The translations under genes and the position numbers were made by a program. A stretch of 63,098 bases of DNA, counting the filler, from an uncultured bacterium (GTDB lineage: Bacteria > Hinthialibacterota > Hinthialibacteria > Hinthialibacterales > Hinthialibacteraceae): NCBI GenBank assembly GCA_964449065.1. It is 3 parts of 3 records of this genome, joined end to end, with 100 filler letters (N's around TTAATTAATTAA, not from the genome) between each part and the next. Parts side by side here need not be neighbours in the genome. Positions count along the whole stretch, not along the records: positions 1 to 21,191 come from CAYVAZ010000048.1; 2 more parts are not named here. One strand, given 5' to 3'. Positions 8,933 through 18,004 of this stretch are shown piece after piece. The notes under the pieces are model-generated. The model searched no databases. It was given only the letters and a program-made list of their open reading frames with translations, and was not told the DNA's origin. The first letter of the stretch is position 1; the number at the start of each line of letters is the position of its first letter.

Positions 8933-10330
8933 TCACTCTTCGCGGGTGATTTTGGCTCCGAGGGCGGTGAGGCGTTCGTCGAGTTTTTCGCGCAATCCCG
9001 CGTCGAGCATGACGTCTCCGCTATCGCTGTCTCGCCGGCCGCGGGCGCGCCCCTAACACAACGCCAGCCCGCGAGGCGGGGCTGGCGGCGTGCGGTGCGT
9101 CGCGCGGGAACGGCTCATTCCCNNNNNNNNNNGGATGACGCTGGTGCCTTCGGCGCAGAGCGCGGCGATCAGCAGGGCCATGCCGGCGCGGATATCGGGG
9201 CTGCTCATCACCTGTGCGCTCAGGGGTGTGGAGCCGATGACGACGGCGCGGTGCGGGTCGCAGAGGATGATGTTGGCGCCCATGGTCATCAAGCGGTCAA
9301 CAAAGAAGAGACGGCTTTCAAACATCTTTTCAAAGATCATAACGGTGCCTTGCGTTTGCGTGGCCATCACGGTGGCGACACTCATCATATCCGCGGGGAA
9401 CATCGGCCAGGGGCCGTCATCGATTTTGAGTTGAGATGTGCCCATATCGGGGATGGTTTTTTTGGGTTGATCTTTGGGGATGAACATATCGCTGCCGCGC
9501 ACTTCGATGTTCATGCCGAGGTGCTCGAATTTGGTGAGGGTCATGCGCATGTGTTCGGGGGCGGCGTCTTTGATCAGCAGTTCGCCGCCGGTGGCGACGG
9601 CGCAGCCGATGAAACTGCCGACTTCGAGATAATCAGAGCCGATGCGGTGTTCGCCTCCACGGAGTTCTTCGACCCCTTCGATGGTGAGGACGTTGGAGCC
9701 GATGCCGCTGATCTTCGCGCCGAGCTGATTGAGAAAATGGCAGAGTTGCTGCACGTGGGGTTCTGATGCGGCGTTGTGCAAAACGGTTTTTCCTTCGGCG
9801 AGGGCGGCGGCCATCACCAGGTTTTCCGTCGCGGTGACACTGGCTTCATCCATGAGGATATCGGCGCCTTTTAAGCGGTGCGGACTCCATACATGATAGA
9901 AGCCGTCTTCCAGTTCGATATGCGCTCCCAGGGCTTTCAGCCCAAGCAAGTGGGTATCGACCCGGCGGCGGCCGATGCGGTCTCCACCGGGGAAGGGAAG
10001 GCGGACGCGCCCGCAGCGGGAAAGGATGGGGGCAAGGAATAGAATCGACGCGCGGATTTTGCCGCTGATTTCCGGGGGGAACTCGGTGCGCGCGATGGTT
10101 TGCGCGTGGATTTCAAGGGTATGTGTTTCCGGTCTGACGACTTCGGCGCCGCAGTATTGCAGCAGTTGAATCATGCTGCCGACATCGCCGATGCCGGGCA
10201 CGTTGGTCACGCGGATGGGTTCGCGGCATAAGAGGGTTGCGGCCAATACGGGGAGCGCTTCGTTTTTGTTTCCGGAGGGCGTGATAGTGCCGTGAATGGG
10301 ATAGCCGCCTTCAACAACAAATTGAGCCAT
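8933..10330 (-). CDS. murA: UDP-N-acetylglucosamine 1-carboxyvinyltransferase (interrupted near the 3' end by an assembly gap and foreign ~130 bp)
   Basis: [32 protein letters not shown] motifs; true C-terminus [18 protein letters not shown] found at 8933-8989 beyond the N gap. Confidence 0.9.
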
Positions 10331-10351
10331 GAGTCTTCTCCTAAATCGTCG

Positions 10352-12370
10352 TTACGGTCCAATGACGGAACGGGTATATGGTTCGATAACGGTTTTGAAA
10401 CCGCTGGATGTATCGTTGGGCTGCAAGTGCACGGAATAGACCGGCCACTGTGGATACGCTTGCATGAGCGTTTGATTTTTGCGTTCGCCGAGGTCATGGG
10501 CAACGATCCAGCCGCGGTCCAGGCGCGGGTCCATCATACTAAAAAACGCGGCGAAGTCTTCATCCATTTCGGTGAAGAACAAGGCTTCGTCTTCGGGCAC
10601 AATTTGTTCTGCCAAGTCGAGGGTATCGTCTTGCGTGCTCCAATAGTCATCGCTCATGTTGATGATGCGTTCGGCCCATACCACGGAGAACGAATAGACG
10701 ATGCATAAGATAACGAATATTGTCATGCCCCTCACCGCTTTTTCTTTGTTGATGTTCATGTGTTCTTGCAGCCAATCCACAAACGAAAATAACCCGCGAG
10801 CCGATAGCATACACAAAAACGGCACGCTCTCATATACGAAACGGGGACCGTAGCAATAATCCTGAAAAAAATAGAAAAAGTACAACGCGGATATACCGGT
10901 CAAAGGAAACAGACAGAGCCAGTCGGTTTTGGTTCGTTTTGTTCCAGGAAGAAATAGTAGAAACGCGAACAACAAGGAAGGGACGGGGAAGCCGAATAGA
11001 TAATAATTGAGGCCGTTGATGTTGCAGATGGTATTGGCGAAACCGCGCCAGGGGGTGTGCAATACTTCATTGGGGATTTTAGGGCCGAGGGGTTCGGCGC
11101 CCCAGGGCTGTTTGCCGAAGCCTAAGGGATTGCCGCCGAAGTAATCGACATAGCCGGTTAAAAAAAGATGGCCGGTGGTGTTGGCGTTGTAGAGCAGATA
11201 AAAGACCGCGAATGGAAGCGTGCCAAGCGCGAAGCACACCAGCGTGGACATTAAGCGAAGGAAGATTTGTTTTTGATGCAGGGCCATCCAAAGTATGCCG
11301 AAGAACAAAAAGGCAATCGCGGTAATGGGACGGGTAAGAAACATCATGCCGTGCGCGGCGCCTGCTCCAACTATCCATAAATAATATTGCATTCCGCTTG
11401 CGTTACCGCATTGGATCAAGCAATACCAAAACAGCATGGCAAAGAATAAAGCGGTGGGGTGGTTCATCCAACCGGAGGCCATGAAGATGAAGAAGGGGGA
11501 AATGAGCAAGAACAAAATAGTGAGTCGGGCGGTGGCAGTATCATAAATCTTCTTCGCAATAATAAACGTAAGCAGAACAATGCAGCCGCTTAGAAGCGGA
11601 TTGACCCATTGCGCCGTATGCAGCCATACGCCAATCGATAGCACCATCGCGTAACCGGGCGGATAGATGGAATACCAGCGGCCGTCTTTCATGACGGTAT
11701 AGATACGTTCAAAAAATTCGGAGTGATTTGGAATGGATAGCGACCATTTTCCCAACGCGAATATCTTGGCTTGAAAGAGCTGCGCGATGCTGTCTTGTAC
11801 ATGCGGAATGCCGCCTAGCACGAATTCTCCTAAAAAAAGTGAAACGAAGACCACCCAAAAAAACGCGCTTCCTACAAACAATAGGTTTCTTTGGCTGACT
11901 TTTTTTTCGTTCCATTTCCAAAAATATTTCGAAGAGTTATTGACGTGTGATTGATTGATTTCGGCCGCGTTCATCAACCCAAACGAGATTGAAAGAAGTG
12001 TGATCATCGAGAAATGAAACCAAATCGCGCACAGCCACATCCAATGTTCGAAAAAAAATAGGTTGTGTTTGATCCAGTTTCCCAACGGCAAAATGGAGAG
12101 GAAGAGCAGGCCGCTCCATGCGGTCAGTTTGAAACGGTATCTTCGGAACACACTGCTATTATTGGCGAAAGTAGCGATAGACCAAAACGTTAACCCGAAG
12201 CTTGCCAGCATCATGAGAGGAACGAGAAGAGGAGAATGATACACCCACGGGATAAATACTGTAAAAAAGTTTTCATCCAAATTCAAGATATTTTTGGAGA
12301 GAACGAAAAATAGAATCGTCACAAGTTGAAACAAAATGATAAAGGCTAGTGAGAGATAAACTTGCTTCAT
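10352..12370 (-). CDS. GT-C (PMT/ArnT-like, family 39) membrane glycosyltransferase
   Basis: Polytopic protein with PHVQDS..QLFQAK, YPPG and YGPRF motifs. ORF opens at 12382. Confidence 0.7.
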   Translation of the reverse strand: MKQVYLSLAFIILFQLVTILFFVLSKNILNLDENFFTVFIPWVYHSPLLVPLMMLASFGLTFWSIATFANNSSVFRRYRFKLTAWSGLLFLSILPLGNWIKHNLFFFEHWMWLCAIWFHFSMITLLSISFGLMNAAEINQSHVNNSSKYFWKWNEKKVSQRNLLFVGSAFFWVVFVSLFLGEFVLGGIPHVQDSIAQLFQAKIFALGKWSLSIPNHSEFFERIYTVMKDGRWYSIYPPGYAMVLSIGVWLHTAQWVNPLLSGCIVLLTFIIAKKIYDTATARLTILFLLISPFFIFMASGWMNHPTALFFAMLFWYCLIQCGNASGMQYYLWIVGAGAAHGMMFLTRPITAIAFLFFGILWMALHQKQIFLRLMSTLVCFALGTLPFAVFYLLYNANTTGHLFLTGYVDYFGGNPLGFGKQPWGAEPLGPKIPNEVLHTPWRGFANTICNINGLNYYLFGFPVPSLLFAFLLFLPGTKRTKTDWLCLFPLTGISALYFFYFFQDYCYGPRFVYESVPFLCMLSARGLFSFVDWLQEHMNINKEKAVRGMTIFVILCIVYSFSVVWAERIINMSDDYWSTQDDTLDLAEQIVPEDEALFFTEMDEDFAAFFSMMDPRLDRGWIVAHDLGERKNQTLMQAYPQWPVYSVHLQPNDTSSGFKTVIEPYTRSVIGP

Positions 12371-12591
12371 GATGGTAATCAATCGAAACTTTTTATTCCA
12401 TTTTTATGATTTTTTTATTGCAATATTGAATGAATCCGCTATGATTGCAAATAATTTTTTTTTGATCGGACAAATTTTTTACTTGCAAAATTACATTAAT
12501 TGTAATTTAATATGCTGTAAACAGTTGGGAACGCAAACAAAATGGATTGCGAAATCCATTACAAAAGAAATAATCAGGAGGAGTGAAGTCC

Positions 12592-12915
12592 ATGGCTACA
12601 GCAAAGAAAACCACAGCAAAGAAGTCTACCCCAAAGAAAGCGGCAGCGAAAAAGTCAACCGCGAAAAAAGCGGCCGTAAAGAAAGCGACGGCGAAAAAGG
12701 CAACGGCGAATAAAGCGACAGCGAAGAAGACGACCGCGAAAAAAGCGACGGCGAAAAAGGCCACCACGAAGAAAGCGACGGCGAAAAAAGCAACGGCGAA
12801 AAAGTCGACCGCTAAGAAGTCGGCGGCGAAGCAGTCCGGAGCGAAAAAATCGACGGCGAAAAAATCCGCAGCCAAAAAGTCAACTGCAAAAAAGAAAACC
12901 ACCCGCAAAAAGTAG
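12592..12915 (+). CDS. Histone H1-like, Lys/Ala-rich nucleoid protein (KKxTA pentapeptide repeats)
   Basis: Almost entirely AKKATAKK repeats; AGGAGG RBS upstream. Confidence 0.85.
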   Translation: MATAKKTTAKKSTPKKAAAKKSTAKKAAVKKATAKKATANKATAKKTTAKKATAKKATTKKATAKKATAKKSTAKKSAAKQSGAKKSTAKKSAAKKSTAKKKTTRKK

Positions 12916-13168
12916 TGAGGGTATGAGACGTCAGAAAGTCTTACTCTAGGAATCGTTTGCCGGGAGATGGCACTTTCGCGGCCGGTTGGAAGATTGTGTT
13001 CTTACGTTGGTTGGCGCGACATTTGTTAAGATTTGTTAATAATGCAAAAACGTGAGATTGACTCTTTCCTTTCGGCTGAAAGTGCGGTAGTATAGTTACA
13101 TTGCATGTAATGTTTTTTTTGGATGGGTTGAAAAGGGATCATAACCCTGTGAGACGTGCGAGGATACC

Positions 13169-13648
13169 ATGAAAGATTCCAGAGTAAGGCCGATAAAGTC
13201 CGCGTTCCAATCGGGTGAAGTCATTGATATCATCAAGCGGTTGGACGGCATCAAGATTGATCCGGTGCGGCTACATTATTATGAGAAAACCGGGTTGATT
13301 CGGGCCAGTGTTCGTTCTGCGCAAGGGTGTGGAAGGCATAAGCTATACTCGTTCAGCGATTTGGTGATGCTTCGCTGGTTTTTGCAGTTGCGGAAACAGG
13401 GGTTAAGTGTGCAAAAGGTGCGCAAAGGCATCCAATATTTGCGAAAGAATATGCCGAAATACATCGAACGTCCCTTGGAACATGAATTGTATTTTGTTTC
13501 GGATGGTCAAGATATGTTCGCCTTGGTAAATGGGGAAGAAGCGATTTCGCTGGTACGGACACCGGGGCAAAAGTATTTTGGCGTCATAGTATATGATTTC
13601 AAGAAAATGATTGATGACACCCGGGAAGCCATTGCGCAAGCCGCGTAA
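13169..13648 (+). CDS. MerR-family transcriptional regulator
   Basis: LHYYEKTGLI...YSFSDL...LRKQGLS MerR HTH. Confidence 0.85.
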   Translation: MKDSRVRPIKSAFQSGEVIDIIKRLDGIKIDPVRLHYYEKTGLIRASVRSAQGCGRHKLYSFSDLVMLRWFLQLRKQGLSVQKVRKGIQYLRKNMPKYIERPLEHELYFVSDGQDMFALVNGEEAISLVRTPGQKYFGVIVYDFKKMIDDTREAIAQAA

Positions 13649-13675
13649 AGAAGCAAAGCGTGTCAACAAATTTAT

Positions 13676-13705
13676 AACGCCCTCAAATTGAGGGTGTTTT
13701 TTTTT
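13676..13705 (+). terminator. Intrinsic terminator between converging genes
   Basis: aacgccctca-aat-tgagggtgtt followed by a T run. Confidence 0.75.
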
Positions 13706-14975
13706 AGCGGTAAAAAGCCGCGCTGGCAAAGGTGACGACCGAATCGTTTTCGCCTTCTACCGCTTGATCGTAATAGAGCAGGCTGCCCTCAACCGGCTGG
13801 ACGATATCGAGAGCCGTATACACCGGGGTTAAACCGCAGACATTGTTTTTGTCATTCATGTCAGCCACACTGCGGTAAAAGGCTTCTGCCTTTCCGCTTT
13901 TTAGTGCTTCCAGCACTTGATGATCTTCTTGTTTCACGCGTTGCAAAACGGATTGCGGAGCGCCTTCCGCGTGGCCGAAGCGTTTGCCCACATGGCTCAT
14001 ATCCACACCGGCGATGACCGTGACCTTGCCGTCATATTCTTGAATCATATTTCGTAGTACATCCAAGGCATCCGCTAAGGATTGATCGTCACGGGGAGAG
14101 GTGCCTTCATCCACAAACTTATGAAGCGAGCCGCACAGGATGGGGACGATTTTCCCCTGCCATGCTTCCCCCAGCACGTGTTGGAGAAACAGTACTTGAA
14201 ACTCGATGCTGTGTTCGTCGCGGTGGATGAATTCTTCCTCGAACACATCCAACGAAACGCGGCTGCGGAATTCATCTATGAAGTTCGTATCGGTTTGCGT
14301 AATGCCCAGCGGGGTTTGAAACGGCTTTGTTGTGCAGGTGATATAGCTGTGCAGGCTTTGATGGCCGGTTCCTAAAATGACGTAAAGATCGGAAGGCTCC
14401 CGTTCGCGTACTTCGCGGTAGGCGTGGGCAAAACCGGGGCCGCCGCGGTGCAGATCAATGTGGGGAGAGACCAATAGACTGAGGTCTTTCTCTTTGTTCA
14501 AATCAGCAACCGAATTGCCATTGAGATTTTCAAACAGTTGATTCAGAGAGGAGGTTAAACCTTCTTTTTTCGCTTCATAGGCACCGCCTGCATGGGCTGC
14601 CATGCGAACGGGTACGTTGCGGAATTCATCGATAATCGCTTGATAGGTGGTTTTAAAGTGAGGGGAATCCAAATACAGTTCTTGATCCAAGCGCTGAATC
14701 ATCTCTTCTAGCATGTTCAGCGGAACGGCCTGGCCGGTTTGTTGGGAAAAGGCGGTTTGGATCTCAAACAAAGTACGGGTGCCATCCATTAAGCTGGCGA
14801 GTAGAAACGCGGGGGGCGGCAGCACCAGCGGGTTTGCCGCGATTTTTTGCGGATCGCGTATGCAGTAGGCTGTGCCTTCCTCTGTTTTGACCGGAAAGGC
14901 TTCGACCATGCGGATGGCCGGGCGTTGTGGGATTGCAGACGCGTTGGGATTGCTTTTATTGATTGCATTCATCAT
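13704..14975 (-). CDS. amrB: AmmeMemoRadiSam system protein B (MEMO1 family)
   Basis: PHID, GTGH, EHSIEFQ, DMSHVG, NVCG motifs. Confidence 0.85.
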   Translation of the reverse strand: MMNAINKSNPNASAIPQRPAIRMVEAFPVKTEEGTAYCIRDPQKIAANPLVLPPPAFLLASLMDGTRTLFEIQTAFSQQTGQAVPLNMLEEMIQRLDQELYLDSPHFKTTYQAIIDEFRNVPVRMAAHAGGAYEAKKEGLTSSLNQLFENLNGNSVADLNKEKDLSLLVSPHIDLHRGGPGFAHAYREVREREPSDLYVILGTGHQSLHSYITCTTKPFQTPLGITQTDTNFIDEFRSRVSLDVFEEEFIHRDEHSIEFQVLFLQHVLGEAWQGKIVPILCGSLHKFVDEGTSPRDDQSLADALDVLRNMIQEYDGKVTVIAGVDMSHVGKRFGHAEGAPQSVLQRVKQEDHQVLEALKSGKAEAFYRSVADMNDKNNVCGLTPVYTALDIVQPVEGSLLYYDQAVEGENDSVVTFASAAFYR

Positions 14976-15170
14976 TGCACCCTATTGGTTTTAGAGCGAT
15001 TTAAGTTTGGATAGAGGTTTCACGTGCATCTATTCACCGGCTAGAAACCGGTGCTCCCCGCTTATTCAGATCAAAAACGCTCTCTTAGTTTGATAGGCAT
15101 GTAGATAGAAGCAATCCTATCATAAGGTATAAAATGATAACAGGATCACGAAAATCGCAAACGGATTTAT
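14946..15170 (+). repeat. Direct repeat copy A of the purK-amrB intergenic region and amrB start
   Basis: Aligns along its length with 15923-16252. Confidence 0.9.
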
Positions 15171-15182
15171 CGGGTATTTTGT

Positions 15183-15560
15183 TTAGGTACTGGGTGTTTT
15201 ATTGAATATCGCAAGGTAGAAATTGATGATATTTAGAATGGTAAATCCAATCCAAAATAAACAAGGAAAGATTACATAAAATCTATTGATTTCCAAATTA
15301 TCCAATTTTGTTGTAACTCCATAAAAATAGGATCGATAAATAGTCTGGGTAGCCATACCGATAGACCATCCCCAAAACAGCAATATCCCTCCATGAAAGA
15401 GGTTATCCTTTGAGATTTCCGTTATGTAAAACCCTTTTCCTGATTGAAAGTGGAGATAAATTTGAATGCCCCAATATGCTATGGCAAGAATAAGTCCAAG
15501 AACGATTGAATAAAATATCCACTCATCTTTTACTTGGGCTTGATTCGTATCCGTATCCAT
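15183..15560 (-). CDS. Hypothetical membrane protein (about 3 TM)
   Basis: 125-aa AT-rich ORF with hydrophobic segments, coupled to the upstream ORF. Confidence 0.55.
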   Translation of the reverse strand: MDTDTNQAQVKDEWIFYSIVLGLILAIAYWGIQIYLHFQSGKGFYITEISKDNLFHGGILLFWGWSIGMATQTIYRSYFYGVTTKLDNLEINRFYVIFPCLFWIGFTILNIINFYLAIFNKTPST

Positions 15561-15566
15561 GAGTTA

Positions 15567-15791
15567 TCAATTGTGTGATTCGGTTTTTGCGGTAACCGTT
15601 AGGAACCAAGCGGCCGTTCCGGTTGCTGCTGCCGCAACATTACCAATTAAAGCCGTACCATACATCGAATTAATAGCAAAAGCCAAAGGAAGACTCATGA
15701 TTAAGGCAACGACTAAAAGTCCGAGTTTCCACGTTTTTATGAATGTTTTCATTTCACTAACCATATCACTTATCTCCTTTCTCCCTTCCAT
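15567..15791 (-). CDS. Small hydrophobic hypothetical protein
   Basis: 74 aa, two Ala/Gly-rich hydrophobic helices; AAGGAG precedes an internal ATG. Confidence 0.5.
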   Translation of the reverse strand: MEGRKEISDMVSEMKTFIKTWKLGLLVVALIMSLPLAFAINSMYGTALIGNVAAAATGTAAWFLTVTAKTESHN

Positions 15792-15922
15792 TATATCACA
15801 ACTTGTAAGGAATAAAATTCCATTTTGTGATTGGGTTGCATGTCTTTTCTCACGGTGGTCATGCGGCGGGACGGATTCCTGGGTGAGTTTGCGAAGCAGC
15901 GCATCTTTGAATTCGTACTTTC

Positions 15923-16252
15923 GGGATTGCTTTTATTGATTGCATTCATCATTGCACTGTAGTGGTTTTAGAGCGATTCAAGTTTGGGTAGAGGTTCCTC
16001 GTGCATCTATTTACCAGCTGGTATTCTGACAGTGTCCTAGTGTCGGGTGGAATTGGGAGGGCGGGGCTCCCGCCGAGCCACAGGGTTTTCACCTTAGCCG
16101 ACACTTTTTTCCTGTCACTGTACCAGAAGCCGGTGCTCCCCGCTTATTCAGCTCCAAAACGCTCTCTTCGTTTGATAGGTATGTAGATAGAATCAATCCT
16201 ATCATAAGGACTTGGATGTTAACAGGATCACACAAATGGCAAACGGATTTAT
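15923..16252 (+). repeat. Direct repeat copy B, carrying a palindromic insertion
   Basis: Aligns with 14946-15170 apart from the insert at 16018-16126. Confidence 0.9.
16018..16126. mobile_element. Palindromic MITE-like insertion with a REP in its loop
   Basis: Nested inverted segments CTGGTA/TACCAG, TGACAG/CTGTCA, AGTGTCGG/CCGACACT; absent from repeat copy A. Confidence 0.6.
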
Positions 16253-17391
16253 TCTGTTTTGGTGATGCTGTTATAGAGGTGCAGGGCTTTGGTTTTGGCT
16301 GCTTCCGCCGAATTGTTTAAAACCGTGACGTGTCCCATCTTCCGTCCGGGTTTAGGCTGGGTTTTTCCGTAGAGATGCAGGAAAGCATCCGGGTCTTTCA
16401 ATACCGGAATCCAATCGGGGGAATGGTCCAGCCATAAGCCACCCAAAAGATTGACCATGGCAGCGGGCTGCAGTTGCCGGCCGCATCCCAAGGGCAAGCC
16501 GCAGATGCTGCGAATGTGTTGTTCGAACTGACTGGTGCGGTGTGCTTCGATGGTGAGGTGTCCGGAATTATGCGGACGCGGCGCCATTTCGTTGAAATAC
16601 AAATTACCGTCTTTGCTCAAGAAAAATTCTATACACAACACGCCGATGTAATTCATCGATTCGGCCACCGCGGTGATCATTTCTTTGGCACGACGAACAA
16701 TCGTTTCATCCAATGGATAGGGACACACGGACAGATGCAGGATGTGGTTTATGTGTTGATTGAAGATAGGGCCGTATAATTCAGCGCAGCCGTCTGTTCC
16801 TCTTGCGATGATGACCGAAAATTCGGATGCGAGTTCAATCCAACGTTCGACCACGACATCCTTTTCGCCCAGTTCTTCCCAAATGGTTTGCAGGGGTGAA
16901 TCGGTTTCAATACGAACTTGCCCTTTACCGTCGTACCCGCCATGCACCGTTTTGGCAACGCAGGGATAGCCGATTTGTTTGACCGCGTTGTGAAATTCAT
17001 CAAGCGATTGGGCGTGAGCAAGGGGGACGGTTTCTACTCCGATGTTATTCACGTACGATTTTTCACTCCACCGGTTTTGGATGATATCCAATGCAGAGGC
17101 ATTGGGGTGAACCGGCACATGCTTTTCCGCTAGATGAATGGCTTGCAGAGGGATGCTTTCCCATTCAAAGGTTGCTACATCCGCGGATTGCGCGAAGGCG
17201 GTTACCGCGTCCATATCCATGAAACTGCGGTTCCATTTTGCGTGAGCGATTTGGCAGGCCGGGGCATCGGGGTCGGGATCGAATACATGCACGCGGTATC
17301 CCATCCGTTTGGCGGCCATGGCGGACATACGTCCTAACTGCCCGCCGCCGAAGATCGCGATGGTGGAACCGGGGAAGATAGGATTCTTCAT
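16249..17391 (-). CDS. purK: N5-carboxyaminoimidazole ribonucleotide synthase
   Basis: [37 protein letters not shown] overlap with purE. Confidence 0.95.
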   Translation of the reverse strand: MKNPIFPGSTIAIFGGGQLGRMSAMAAKRMGYRVHVFDPDPDAPACQIAHAKWNRSFMDMDAVTAFAQSADVATFEWESIPLQAIHLAEKHVPVHPNASALDIIQNRWSEKSYVNNIGVETVPLAHAQSLDEFHNAVKQIGYPCVAKTVHGGYDGKGQVRIETDSPLQTIWEELGEKDVVVERWIELASEFSVIIARGTDGCAELYGPIFNQHINHILHLSVCPYPLDETIVRRAKEMITAVAESMNYIGVLCIEFFLSKDGNLYFNEMAPRPHNSGHLTIEAHRTSQFEQHIRSICGLPLGCGRQLQPAAMVNLLGGLWLDHSPDWIPVLKDPDAFLHLYGKTQPKPGRKMGHVTVLNNSAEAAKTKALHLYNSITKTE

Positions 17392-17882
17392 AACAATGTA
17401 TCGCTTAATACTTTGGATTCCATATCTTGAACGTAAGCATGGAGTTTTTGGCGCAGTGCGGGATTGTGGTTGGCCAAGATGCGCACCGCAAGCAGCCCGG
17501 CGTTTTTGGCGCCGGATGTGCCGATTGCCAGAGTGCCGACGGGAACGCCCCCCGGCATTTGCGCGATGGATAGCAGCGAATCCATTCCGTTGAGCGCTTT
17601 GCTTTGCACCGGAACACCAAGAACCGGCAGGACGGTCTGCGCGGCCACCATGCCGGGCAGATGCGCGGCACCGCCCGCCCCCGCGATGATGACTTCCAGC
17701 CCCTTTGCTTCCGCTTCGGCGGCGAATTGGTTCATCCATTTGGGGGTACGGTGAGCGGATACCACGCGGCACTCATGCGGGACGCCGAATTCGGCTAACA
17801 CACCGGCGGCGTGTTTCATGGTATCCCAATCGGATTTGCTGCCCATGATGACGGCTGCTAAGGGGGATTTTGAATCGGTCAT
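17388..17882 (-). CDS. purE: N5-CAIR mutase
   Basis: [32 protein letters not shown]. Confidence 0.97.
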   Translation of the reverse strand: MTDSKSPLAAVIMGSKSDWDTMKHAAGVLAEFGVPHECRVVSAHRTPKWMNQFAAEAEAKGLEVIIAGAGGAAHLPGMVAAQTVLPVLGVPVQSKALNGMDSLLSIAQMPGGVPVGTLAIGTSGAKNAGLLAVRILANHNPALRQKLHAYVQDMESKVLSDTLL

Positions 17883-18004
17883 TCGTGCTGTCTTTCTAAA
17901 TGAATTCGTAAGGGTGGGATTTTACCAATCCCTCTTCATAATATAGTTTCTTTTTATGGGAATTCTATGAGTTCGTAAGCAAACCATATTAAACAAAACG
18001 CAAC

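Noticed and set aside
8909..9766. 285-aa plus-strand ORF and other long antisense ORFs (7032-7793, 42870-43619, 19136-19768)
   Set aside because: Shadows of well-supported genes on the opposite strand.
12507..12908. Phe/Ala-rich 133-aa minus-strand ORF
   Set aside because: Antisense shadow of the Lys/Ala-rich histone-like gene.
17392..17772. N-terminal extension of purK in the ORF track
   Set aside because: Overlaps purE in another frame; the real start is the ATG at 17391 coupled to the purE stop.
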